Position numbers and translations under genes: made by a program. From IMG/VR virus record IMGVR_UViG_3300027887_000001, positions 1 through 56,421 of that record: a stretch of 56,421 bases of DNA, one strand, 5' to 3'. Source of the DNA: a virus. The notes beneath the pieces are model-generated. The model was not told the DNA's origin. It saw only the letters and a list, made by a program, of their open reading frames with translations, and made no database searches. Shown in pieces: positions 35,439 to 44,341 of the stretch; position 1 is the stretch's first letter; every line of letters begins with the position of its first letter.

Positions 35439-36304
35439 GCTGTAAAGTACCTTTTGTAGTAGTGCAACTGTACCCTAGTAGCACCCGTGGGATTAGTAAT
35501 ATCAACCGTGATGTGATTATCACCTGCAACTAAAGGCCACAGCACTGACTGATTACTAAGATAGCTAAAATAGTTGACGCCACCTACTGTAACCGTTTTC
35601 ATTCCCGGTCTCGTATCGATAATGACAGTTTGAGCTCCGGTGAGTACCAACGAAGGTAAGTTGAGTAACTTGTTTGTGGTAAGATTGGTTAGCTTGATGG
35701 CTTGGCCTGGACCAAGGATCTGCCATATAGGCCAAACCGATAGATCACCTCCGACAACCAAATTTATATCGGTAAATGTTAGACCCGCACCTAACTCCAC
35801 TGGAAAGATCGGAAAGAAGGTTGGAGGGCCAGTTTGCGAGTACTCCTCAACCGTTTCGTCGTAATTAGCAAAGAACGGATCGAAGCAAATCCATGTGAGA
35901 TCCAACATACTCCAGAAGTCACCGAGCTTGCCCTGTGCATCTGTTCCCTTGGATCCGTTGTATAGAATAGCTTGAATGGTACGCTTAGTAGTGCCATCTG
36001 CACGAGTAATAACTAATCGTCCCTCCTGTGCATTGTAGGGATTAGCAGATGCAATCAAAGCAGCCATTGCATCGTCGAGTAATGGACGTGTAGCAGCTTG
36101 AACAAGTATAGGTAACTTGAGATAACGAGGTTTGGTAAGCACGCTCTCAAGTACATGAGTTTGGTCACCCATACGAGCAGAAGACATGTTCGAGTCAGCA
36201 AACAACCAACCCTCAAAACCTAGTGTGACGGTGTAAACAGTGCCATCGAAGTCGATAGCATTTCCTGTATATGGTTCCCAACGAAGGGTATAGCCGTTAG
36301 TCAT
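35435..36304 (-). CDS. Distal tail protein (Dit, phage tail family)
   Basis: 289 aa. EGRLVITRADGTTKRTIQAI...LDLTWICFDPFF resembles the Sipho_tail family pattern. Gene order is Dit then Tal. Confidence 0.55.
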   Translation of the reverse strand: MTNGYTLRWEPYTGNAIDFDGTVYTVTLGFEGWLFADSNMSSARMGDQTHVLESVLTKPRYLKLPILVQAATRPLLDDAMAALIASANPYNAQEGRLVITRADGTTKRTIQAILYNGSKGTDAQGKLGDFWSMLDLTWICFDPFFANYDETVEEYSQTGPPTFFPIFPVELGAGLTFTDINLVVGGDLSVWPIWQILGPGQAIKLTNLTTNKLLNLPSLVLTGAQTVIIDTRPGMKTVTVGGVNYFSYLSNQSVLWPLVAGDNHITVDITNPTGATRVQLHYYKRYFTA

Positions 36305-36315
36305 TGTACCTCATT

Positions 36316-36624
36316 TCACTCAGTACAATCTATGTAGAGGTAGCCGCCTATCAGACTACCACCAACAGTTGCCAAACATTCCAACTTGTAACGCCTACCT
36401 TTGTCCAAATTGTACACTTGTTGTGCTGTGACTACAGTACCTAGAATCGATGCAGCATTCTTCAAACAGGCTGCAGATACATCGGTATCAGCTTGCACAT
36501 CGAATAAGTAGCATATTGGATTAGTAGGCGTACCTAGCCTTGCAAAGTCGAACTTGTAGTAGACTTCCTCAAGCTCGCCCTGCTCTTCGGGTGAAAGACT
36601 AACTTCCCGGATAGTCGTCATCAT
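36316..36624 (-). CDS. Hypothetical structural protein (102 aa)
   Basis: ORF in the late operon. Overlaps the upstream gene end by 26 nt. Confidence 0.5.
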   Translation of the reverse strand: MMTTIREVSLSPEEQGELEEVYYKFDFARLGTPTNPICYLFDVQADTDVSAACLKNAASILGTVVTAQQVYNLDKGRRYKLECLATVGGSLIGGYLYIDCTE

Positions 36625-37648
36625 CTACCTCCACCATGTGAACTAGGTTTCGACCACTAACGCTATGCGTTTGCGATCGCCCACCTTCCATTATTACAGT
36701 CGTATCACGACTAGCTAGCATATGTGCTTCTACGCGACCACCAGATAAAGTTCCTTGAAGAGGCCTAGCAGGTAAGATTGCTACTATGCGGCCATATCGA
36801 AATACTACGATTACAGGTTCATCAGATGTCAAAACATGGGTAGCATCATCGATGACCAACGTAACACCAGATACTACTACAATGTCGAGATTATCTGACT
36901 GCAGTACATGTATAGCGCTCTGCACAACTAATTGATGAACCTGCGTTAGGGTAACATTATCCGACCCTAGAGCGTGTGCAGCATCTGCAATTTGTAATAG
37001 ATGTAACTGCGTGATATCGACGTTCGGACTTACTAAGGCATGCACTGCATCCTGAACTGTAAGATTGTGCACCTGCGTAAGTGTAACATTATCGGACACT
37101 AATGCATGAACTGCATCTTGGATAGTTAGCAGCGTTGTTACTTCTATTGTAACGTTATCTGACGTAACTATATGTGCAGTACTATCAATTGTAAGAACAT
37201 GTACCTGTGTTAGTGTTGGCGTATCCGATAGTAAAGCATGCACTGCATTCTGAATTGCAAGTATGTGTAACTGTGTTAGTGTCAGGTTATCCGATAGCAA
37301 CGAATGAACTGCATCTTGCACTGCTAAAGCGTGTACTTGTGTTAGTGTTAGATTATCAGCTACATGTGCGTGTGCAGCATCTGCAATCACTAAGATATAG
37401 ACGATCGTTACGTTGACATTCTCAGCAGTATGTACGTGCTGTGCATCCTGAACTACTAAGATGTGCACTTGCGTCATCGTTACGTTGTCGGCAACCTGTA
37501 GATGTGATGCATCTTGTATTGCGAGAACATGTGTTTGCGTAAGTGTTAGATTGTCAACAGTATGTACATGAGCTGCATCTGCTATAACTAAGTCTATAGC
37601 CGATACTGTTGTTGTATCACCAAAGAAGAACCTAGAAGAGATTGGCAT
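36599..37648 (-). CDS. Repeat protein: about 12 tandem 22-residue units (I/V)QDA(V/A)HAL(V/L)SDN(V/L)TLTQVH(x)L(x)
   Basis: Periodicity read directly from the translation (residues 22-289). Non-repeat N- and C-termini. Sits in the tail module. Confidence 0.7.
   Translation of the reverse strand: MPISSRFFFGDTTTVSAIDLVIADAAHVHTVDNLTLTQTHVLAIQDASHLQVADNVTMTQVHILVVQDAQHVHTAENVNVTIVYILVIADAAHAHVADNLTLTQVHALAVQDAVHSLLSDNLTLTQLHILAIQNAVHALLSDTPTLTQVHVLTIDSTAHIVTSDNVTIEVTTLLTIQDAVHALVSDNVTLTQVHNLTVQDAVHALVSPNVDITQLHLLQIADAAHALGSDNVTLTQVHQLVVQSAIHVLQSDNLDIVVVSGVTLVIDDATHVLTSDEPVIVVFRYGRIVAILPARPLQGTLSGGRVEAHMLASRDTTVIMEGGRSQTHSVSGRNLVHMVEVDDDDYPGS
36854..37585 (-). repeat. In-frame 66-bp tandem repeat array (11 clear units) inside CDS 36599..37648
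   Basis: Diverged copies encoding the 22-aa unit. This is coding sequence, not a CRISPR array. Confidence 0.8.
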
Positions 37649-37651
37649 AGT

Positions 37652-37966
37652 TTATGCAGTAGTAGGAATGCTCACAACAAAGTCACACCATTCTTTAGGA
37701 TTGGTCTGATCAATGCAAACTATTGTTACCACATCGGCATTCATTTCAGTAGCAGACAATTCAAGTAGGACACAAACAGATGCTGCAGGACTGACAGTGG
37801 GAAGGGTAGAAAAATTGGTCAATCCACCCGCATCCTTGTCCACCTTGAAGTCACCCGCTGCAATCGTTGGACTTGATTTGAATGATCTTCCATCAGCGGT
37901 GTCCACTAATGCTATCCTTATTTTGAAGTCTTCATTTTTCTTGGGCGGGTTATAAGGTGCTGCCAT
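37652..37966 (-). CDS. Hypothetical structural protein (104 aa)
   Basis: Start at ATG 37966 after tggagatatata. First gene after an AT-rich 68-nt gap. Confidence 0.5.
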   Translation of the reverse strand: MAAPYNPPKKNEDFKIRIALVDTADGRSFKSSPTIAAGDFKVDKDAGGLTNFSTLPTVSPAASVCVLLELSATEMNADVVTIVCIDQTNPKEWCDFVVSIPTTA

Positions 37967-38049
37967 TATATATCTCCACAAAAACTATGATTTGAAAAAG
38001 CAAATAGACAGACACAAACACGACTAAGCAATTTATAAAAAAACCCATA

Positions 38050-38709
38050 TCATAGTCCTATCCTGAAACTGGCATAACTACTGGGAACAAGAATCAACTC
38101 CTGTGAGAAAATAAGCAGTGATGGGCCGACTGTTGTATCAGTGTCTTGAATGAGTGTCATTGAACCTGTAGGGAGTGCTTCACCAAATTCAAATTCAATA
38201 TTATGCCGCCCACCCCCTGTTACCGGCAATCCATCAGAACCAACTTCTAAAACTAATCTCCAAGGTTCATTGAATGTAATTGCTGAGCTTGTTTGAACTT
38301 GTCCCTTCCCAGTCAGTACATTTGCAAATTCAGAACCCACAAATTTGTTTATTGCTTTCAGCGTACCCAAATTAGTATTCCCCGCAACATTGACCCCATA
38401 CAACTTCCACGCAAAGTATTGGTTGTTTAGTGTATTGGTTTCAAGAACTCTTGTACCAAACCCTACACCTTGGGCAGGAACAGTTTGCGGTGGAAGAACT
38501 GGTGAAACGAATGCCGCAATCATCGTTGCCACGTCCGTCAAATGGTCAGCACCATCCGGATAATAAGTCAATGAAGCATAAGCAGACCCACCCCTTTCAA
38601 AATTCAATGGGCGTTGAACTGTGTTTATATGACCATCCCAATCAGTCGCCGACGGTGTAACTGTAACAGGAGCAGAACCAGATGAAGGGCACCAACACAC
38701 GGTTGACAT
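38050..38709 (-). CDS. Unknown beta-rich protein, tandem paralog B (219 aa)
   Basis: MSTVCWCPSSGSAPVTVTPSATDWDGHINTVQRPLNF... is collinear with 38711..39367 over its full length. Confidence 0.6.
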   Translation of the reverse strand: MSTVCWCPSSGSAPVTVTPSATDWDGHINTVQRPLNFERGGSAYASLTYYPDGADHLTDVATMIAAFVSPVLPPQTVPAQGVGFGTRVLETNTLNNQYFAWKLYGVNVAGNTNLGTLKAINKFVGSEFANVLTGKGQVQTSSAITFNEPWRLVLEVGSDGLPVTGGGRHNIEFEFGEALPTGSMTLIQDTDTTVGPSLLIFSQELILVPSSYASFRIGL

Positions 38710-38710
38710 T

Positions 38711-39367
38711 TTATATGCCTGCCTGAAAATTTGCATTTCCGTTGTAATCAACTCTCAAGTCTTTTGAAAAAATCAAAATCATCGGACAAACTGACGTGTC
38801 TCCATCTTGAACTAACTGCACACTAGTAGCCCAAGTTTCGCCCGCATATATTGAAAAATTATGTCGCCCACCACCTGTTGTTGGAAGTCCATCAGCACCC
38901 ACTTCTAAAACCAATCGCCATGGAACGTTGAATGTAACCGCTGAAATTGTAGCAATTTCTGCTTTACCCGTTGCGGCATTCGGAATTTCTGTCCCAACAA
39001 ATTTACTTATTGCCTTGAGTGTCCCAAGGTTACTTGCACCGTCGACAGATACTCCATACAATTTCCATGCTAAGTATAGATTGTTGAGTGTATTACTTTC
39101 AAGAAACCTTCCGCCAAATCCAACATTTTGTGCGGCAACAGTTTGCGGCGGTAACACTTGAGACACAAAGGCAGCAATCATTGATGCAACGTCTGTTAGA
39201 TGGTCTGCGGCGTCAGGCGCATAATTGAGTATTGTTGATGCTGTACCACCATTCGTAAAATTCAACGGACGTTGGACTGTATTGATATGACCGTCCCAGT
39301 CAGACGTTGAAGGTGTTACTGATACTGGAGCGGAACCTGACGCCGGGCACCAACAAATTGTTGACAT
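38711..39367 (-). CDS. Unknown beta-rich protein, tandem paralog A (218 aa)
   Basis: Start at ATG 39367 (TAATG overlap with the upstream stop). MSTICWCPASGSAPVSVTPSTSDWDGHINTVQRPLNF... Confidence 0.6.
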   Translation of the reverse strand: MSTICWCPASGSAPVSVTPSTSDWDGHINTVQRPLNFTNGGTASTILNYAPDAADHLTDVASMIAAFVSQVLPPQTVAAQNVGFGGRFLESNTLNNLYLAWKLYGVSVDGASNLGTLKAISKFVGTEIPNAATGKAEIATISAVTFNVPWRLVLEVGADGLPTTGGGRHNFSIYAGETWATSVQLVQDGDTSVCPMILIFSKDLRVDYNGNANFQAGI

Positions 39368-39735
39368 TAGGTAGGATCCTGAATGTTGATCTTCCAGAGT
39401 GGGAAGTTCACTGTGTTGCCTGCAGTAACAACTTGCGATGTACAAGTCGTCACGTATTGCAAGATTGAACCATCAATCAAGCAAACGTGAGTACCTGTAC
39501 CGCCAGTATCGACCGTAACACCCGATTTGGCAGTCACAGAACACTTCCGTCCACTTGTGTCATCAGCAAGTGTGAAGTCACCTGTTGCCATAGCAACATC
39601 TGCTAAAGCAGCAGCAAGAGCTGCAGCACGATCAGCAGGTGCGCCTGCACCACTGCATAGTAACATCGTAGTGCAGTTTGTCTTGATGATGTTGAATGCA
39701 CCATCTAAAACGTTGTCATGAACTTGTTTACCCAT
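39367..39735 (-). CDS. Hypothetical structural protein (122 aa)
   Basis: First ORF downstream of the tape measure gene. No motif recognised. Confidence 0.5.
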   Translation of the reverse strand: MGKQVHDNVLDGAFNIIKTNCTTMLLCSGAGAPADRAAALAAALADVAMATGDFTLADDTSGRKCSVTAKSGVTVDTGGTGTHVCLIDGSILQYVTTCTSQVVTAGNTVNFPLWKINIQDPT

Positions 39736-39803
39736 CGTTCACTCCTTCTCGAATGGCACAGGGCGTGTGCACCTTGCGTGTGTTCGGTGCCCTGCAACTG
39801 TGC

Positions 39804-42326
39804 TTAGATTTGGGACACTCCAGCTTTCTGAAGTGCTCTGATTATATCGTTTTCGTTCAACGAACCACCACCATTGATGGTGATGTTGTAGATTCGGCTA
39901 TCGCCACCAGTGTAGTTACCACCGCGACTATCAACGTCCAGACCTGTATTGAGTCCCATCATCTTGGTGTTCACTATATCAAGAGCTCCAGCAATGCCCA
40001 TCAATGAGTTCTCAAATGGTGATGGACTATTGCCAATAATGTCGTCACCAACTTTTGCACCTCGCAGGAGTTCCAAGAAGCGCTCTAGCTTAGTAATCAG
40101 CTTATCGAGCCATCCGTTGATTCCTTCAAGTGCTTTAGTGAGTCCTGTCGATAACATATTTATGAGCGCTTGTAGAGGGCTATCCTTATATCCTAAAGTA
40201 GAGAAGATTCCTGCAATAGTCTTCCAAGCCTCTTTGAAGTTCTCATATACGTTATCCTTTAGAATAGGAAGCATCTCGCTAATGGCTTTACCAACCTGCT
40301 GTGCTCCTATCTTGAATAGCTCCCACCAAACACTTGCTAGTAACTGAACAACCGTAAGTATGTTATTGATGTATGTCCAAGCTTCTTTGAGGAACTCAAC
40401 GAAAGGGCCCCAACCAGCTGAAGTAGCTTGCTCTGCTATGCGTGCTGCTAGCGTTGCAAAGAATTCGTTGATTTGGTCTTTGTACGTCCAGATAGCCCAT
40501 AGTGCTAACGCAATAGAACCCAGAACTACCGCAACAATTGCGATTGGACCTGCTGCAGCTGCCGCTGATGTTGCTATACCTGCAATACCTGTTGCAATAG
40601 GCCCCATTAGTGTAGCAAATCCACTTGATGATACGATAACAGCAGTACTAGCTAGGATACTGAAGAAGTGTGCGGGTCCAGTAAGGTCTATCTTACCTAG
40701 CAATAAGGCACTTGCAGCAATGGAACCCAAGATGAGTGCAATATTTCCGTACTTTTCAGGATTGTCTGCTACTTCCTTGAACACACCTCCAAAGAAGTCT
40801 TTGACTGCTGGAAGCTTCTTCTCAATAGCATCACCGAAGTCTAGTATTTGCTGTCTTACTAACGGAAGCTTCTCGATGAGGAGATCAGCAAAGTCTCGTA
40901 TCGTTGATTCAATCTCATCACCATTATCGATTAGCCATTGAGTAGCATCTATGAAGCCTTGACCGATACCATTTAGGGTATCTTGGGCTTCTGTACCAGC
41001 TCCTGGACCTCCAATAGCTTCCCAAAGCGCGCTACCTATATCCTTGAATGACTGAACAATACCATCGCCGTTTGCATCCCAAAATATCTTGAGATTGCTC
41101 CATGCAACACGTAGCTTATCAACGAATCCTGAAAGACTATCTACCCAACCCCAATTGACTCCAGCCATCTTGAGGGCGTCTTGCCATTTACCCTTAGAGA
41201 ATAACTCAAGAGTGAGTTGAAGGGTTTGGAATGCATCTTCGATTCTAAGTACCTTAGCAAGAACGTCGGATCCGAAGTTCTTCTCAATAGCGTCGTTGAG
41301 AGCCTGTATCCACGAAAACGAAACGCCTGTTTCTTCTTGATATGCAGTCATATCCTTCATGTTCTGAATAAAGTCCGTCATAAAGGATAGAATAGGTCCT
41401 AACTTTACAGTAGCCCAAGCTGTAATCTTTGCACCAATCTCATCAAGTATACCGGAGTCATATAAGAACATGAATAAGTCTAAGACCTGATTGAAGACCT
41501 TGGTAACTTCATCTAGTGCACCTAAGAACAACTTAGGAGCAGTTAGATTGAAGACATCTAACATGGTGTTCTTCAACCCAATCATAGTACGAGCCATACG
41601 TTCAGTTGCACCTCGGAAGTACTTATCTGCGTACTTCTCGAAGTTCGTTGCGAAGTCTTCCCAAGTAATCTTACCCGCCTTGATGAGCTTATTGAACTCC
41701 AGGTGGTCTTTGATATTATAACCCATCTGGGCGGATGTCCACTTCAAGACATCTTCTAAGTCTAGACCAGCTAACGCTAGCTGACGAACATCAAGTGCTG
41801 TGACCTTACCTTGCTGTCTAACTTGTGCGAGGTTGTAGGCCATACGCTTGAGCATTTCATTATCTGCACCAATACCAGCAGCCATCATCAATAAGCCGTT
41901 GGTCATCTTCATCGCTTGGTCAGTAGTATAACCAAACGCCATATTCAATCGGAATGTGTTAGCAACTTCGTTTAGCATGTAAGGCGAAAGGATTGACATG
42001 CGCGCAAGTTGATTCATCAATCCTTTCGCCTTGAGTTCGGCTTCACCAAATATAGTTGCAACATCTTTGGTGTCGCCTGAGAGCTTTACCATTTCTCGAG
42101 CAGTCAATGCAGCTAAGTTCAGCTGCATGAGTTGGAAGGCTGAAGATGCATTGATTGCAGCAACTGCAACACCCGTAATGGATTCCGCGATACTTTCGAT
42201 TGTGCGAGCAGCAATAACACCTAGTGCGGTCTCTCCAATACGACGAAGAGATCGCTCTAGTTGGTCGAATACCGCACCGGCTTCGTTCTTACCGCGAACG
42301 GAAATTACGAGATCATAATCAGGCAT
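39804..42326 (-). CDS. Tail tape measure protein
   Basis: 840 aa, helical and Ala/Leu/Gly-rich with a central hydrophobic stretch. Follows the frameshifted chaperone pair. Confidence 0.85.
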   Translation of the reverse strand: MPDYDLVISVRGKNEAGAVFDQLERSLRRIGETALGVIAARTIESIAESITGVAVAAINASSAFQLMQLNLAALTAREMVKLSGDTKDVATIFGEAELKAKGLMNQLARMSILSPYMLNEVANTFRLNMAFGYTTDQAMKMTNGLLMMAAGIGADNEMLKRMAYNLAQVRQQGKVTALDVRQLALAGLDLEDVLKWTSAQMGYNIKDHLEFNKLIKAGKITWEDFATNFEKYADKYFRGATERMARTMIGLKNTMLDVFNLTAPKLFLGALDEVTKVFNQVLDLFMFLYDSGILDEIGAKITAWATVKLGPILSFMTDFIQNMKDMTAYQEETGVSFSWIQALNDAIEKNFGSDVLAKVLRIEDAFQTLQLTLELFSKGKWQDALKMAGVNWGWVDSLSGFVDKLRVAWSNLKIFWDANGDGIVQSFKDIGSALWEAIGGPGAGTEAQDTLNGIGQGFIDATQWLIDNGDEIESTIRDFADLLIEKLPLVRQQILDFGDAIEKKLPAVKDFFGGVFKEVADNPEKYGNIALILGSIAASALLLGKIDLTGPAHFFSILASTAVIVSSSGFATLMGPIATGIAGIATSAAAAAGPIAIVAVVLGSIALALWAIWTYKDQINEFFATLAARIAEQATSAGWGPFVEFLKEAWTYINNILTVVQLLASVWWELFKIGAQQVGKAISEMLPILKDNVYENFKEAWKTIAGIFSTLGYKDSPLQALINMLSTGLTKALEGINGWLDKLITKLERFLELLRGAKVGDDIIGNSPSPFENSLMGIAGALDIVNTKMMGLNTGLDVDSRGGNYTGGDSRIYNITINGGGSLNENDIIRALQKAGVSQI

Positions 42327-42332
42327 AGCACC

Positions 42333-42575
42333 TTACTTCCTTCGCAACTTCAATACTTCTGATTCCGCACCAAGTATCGTTAGATGTGTTAGAACTACAA
42401 GTGCGTTTTCTTTTCGGAGAACCGATGGTACGCAATGATATACATCACGGCATAACAGCACTTCAAGCATTTGCTTTGGCATCTTCATCCCTTGACCATG
42501 AGTCCATAAGTGTCCTGTGACTATTTGGTCTAATGGAAGAATTCTACCGGTTATCGGCTCTCTGGAGTAGGGTTT
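42333..42575 (-). other. -1 frame extension of the chaperone (gpGT-like programmed frameshift product)
   Basis: The -1 frame is open from within 42551..42796 to TAA at 42335-42333, just before the tape measure ATG. Candidate slippery heptamer A AAC CCT at 42575-42569. Confidence 0.55.
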
Positions 42576-42796
42576 GTCTGAGACTTTAGGGCTTCGTTGA
42601 TGGCTTCCATAAACTTCGGAAGATCCTTCACCTTCAACTTACGAATGTCACCTTTGGTAATACCCTTCGCTAAAGCCATGTAGCGATCTTTGAAGGACAA
42701 GGATTCATCCGACAAGTCAAAGATATCACCCATCTCATACAAGTCCAAGTCAAGTTCAAAACCCAACTGCTCGAGCGTCACACCTTCTTCTGCCAT
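42551..42796 (-). CDS. Tail assembly chaperone (gpG-like)
   Basis: 81-aa acidic ORF between the tail tube and tape measure genes. Confidence 0.65.
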   Translation of the reverse strand: MAEEGVTLEQLGFELDLDLYEMGDIFDLSDESLSFKDRYMALAKGITKGDIRKLKVKDLPKFMEAINEALKSQTNPTPESR

Positions 42797-42820
42797 TTCA
42801 TTCCTCCTGCTGTAAATCTC

Positions 42821-43261
42821 TTACAGCGTCGACTTGACGATCTCCTTGGTCTTGATTGTAAACTCGCAAGGGATCGCATCAGCACTATCCGCAGCGCCTT
42901 GTGGATAGACTGGCTTCGTGGGCACGCCGTTGCACTTGTACGAGAACGTTCCACCAGCACCACCTTTTGGCGACCAGCGGAAGTACAAAATGTTACCAGC
43001 TTCGTATGCCACACGTACAATTTCGGAAACTTCAGCAAGCTCTGTATAGAGCGCTGAGGCCGTGACTTCCAAACTCGAACGCTTACCTTTCGTAAGAATC
43101 GGAATATCTCCTGTCGCAGTGAAGAATTCAGCTATTGCTCGCTCTCCACCATCAACCTTGATTGCATTCGTCATCCCAGAAATATCAGTCCACGCAGAAT
43201 CGTTGATACTGATTTCGATAAGACAGTTCGCCCAGCTAATCGATCCAGTAGTTTGAGCCAT
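42821..43261 (-). CDS. Major tail tube protein, paralog 2
   Basis: MAQTTGSISW...KVDGGERAIAEFFTATGDIPILTKGKRSSLEVT...YFRWSPKG...KPVYPQGAADSADA. About half the residues are identical to the upstream copy by eye. Confidence 0.6.
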   Translation of the reverse strand: MAQTTGSISWANCLIEISINDSAWTDISGMTNAIKVDGGERAIAEFFTATGDIPILTKGKRSSLEVTASALYTELAEVSEIVRVAYEAGNILYFRWSPKGGAGGTFSYKCNGVPTKPVYPQGAADSADAIPCEFTIKTKEIVKSTL

Positions 43262-43274
43262 TGATCACCATCCT

Positions 43275-43724
43275 TTACGCATGTATCGACTTGGCAATCG
43301 AGGCCACTGAGATTGTGGCTTCAATTTGGACGGCGTCAGCGCTATCGGACGCACCCTGGGGATACACAGGTTTAGTTAGGTATCCCGCACTTGTTGAGAA
43401 GATAAACACGCCTGTGCCGTGCGTCTTAACGGACCATCGGAAGTACATTGTCGTTGCGGCTTCGTATACACCAATCATCCGATCGAACAACTCGCCGGTG
43501 ACCTCTGTATATACACCTGCAAACGTAACTTCCAACTTACTGCGTTTGCCTCGAGTGAGGATAGGCGTATCCCCGTTGGCAGTAAAGAATTCCGAAATGG
43601 CTCTTTCGCCACCATCTACTTTCACCGCGTTCGAAGAACCCGATACGTCGTAGTAGGAGATACCATCAGTACTCACCTCCATTACGGCGTCAATCCAACT
43701 AAGAGCTCCAGTTGTTTGAGCCAC
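43275..43724 (-). CDS. Major tail tube protein, paralog 1 (GTG start)
   Basis: GTG 43724 after GAGGAGGTGA. MAQTTGALSW...KVDGGERAISEFFTANGDTPILTRGKRSKLEVT...KPVYPQGASDSADA. Confidence 0.6.
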   Translation of the reverse strand: MAQTTGALSWIDAVMEVSTDGISYYDVSGSSNAVKVDGGERAISEFFTANGDTPILTRGKRSKLEVTFAGVYTEVTGELFDRMIGVYEAATTMYFRWSVKTHGTGVFIFSTSAGYLTKPVYPQGASDSADAVQIEATISVASIAKSIHA

Positions 43725-43911
43725 TGCTCACCTCCTCAACTTCGGTACTAACTTCCACAGCACCCATTGCGAGTAGAATAGTTGCTTGCTCGTCAGAGAG
43801 TGCTAAGGTCTCTCCCGGTTGAACCATAGGTTCGTTATCCGGTAGAGTAATAGGCTGCAAGGCCTTATAGACCTTTTGCCCTGCGACCATCTTACGCTGT
43901 TTTGGACTCAC
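43699..43911 (-). CDS. Hypothetical protein (70 aa)
   Basis: Late-operon ORF. Overlaps its neighbours by a few codons. Confidence 0.45.
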   Translation of the reverse strand: MSPKQRKMVAGQKVYKALQPITLPDNEPMVQPGETLALSDEQATILLAMGAVEVSTEVEEVSSGSNNWSS

Positions 43912-44341
43912 CTTTCACCTCCACTGTTAGAAATATACGTTCCCACCAGTATGGCTTGCCCTGCATGATAATCATTGTGGCTTCAGATTGACGAGCATAA
44001 TCTAATGAATCCCAGTTTGTGCCGTTTTTAGCGTGTTGTGACACTACATCAGTAATCTCGGCTTCGATGGTATCCAGTAGATCTTGAGCCTGTTCTTCAG
44101 TCCAACCTGATTCAACATCAGCTTGCAATACATATACTTCGATTACAACTATGAACTTAGCGCTAGTACCTCGTATAGTTAGGCGTGGTCGATCTGAGCT
44201 TGCGCGAGCCATAGTAATCACTGGTGAACCAGTTATAGCACTAGGTGCGTAACGCAATACCGCATTCTTGTGGGCTATATGCGAAGACAACAGTGTAGCA
44301 AGCTCAGTTCTAACTGCACTACCCGAAACTGTACTGGTCAT
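43892..44341 (-). CDS. Tail completion/terminator candidate (149 aa)
   Basis: Start moved to ATG 44341 (ATGA overlap). Assigned by position upstream of the tail tube genes. Confidence 0.4.
   Translation of the reverse strand: MTSTVSGSAVRTELATLLSSHIAHKNAVLRYAPSAITGSPVITMARASSDRPRLTIRGTSAKFIVVIEVYVLQADVESGWTEEQAQDLLDTIEAEITDVVSQHAKNGTNWDSLDYARQSEATMIIMQGKPYWWERIFLTVEVKGESKTA

Noticed and set aside
36854-37585. Possible CRISPR array or non-coding tandem repeat (66-bp period)
   Set aside because: The repeats are contiguous with no unique spacers, stay in frame, and encode a conserved 22-aa unit inside a long ORF with normal termini. No cas genes are present.
38050-39367. Diversity-generating retroelement targeting the tandem paralogs
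   Set aside because: No reverse transcriptase gene exists in the genome. The two copies differ throughout rather than at adenine-specific positions of a template/variable repeat pair.
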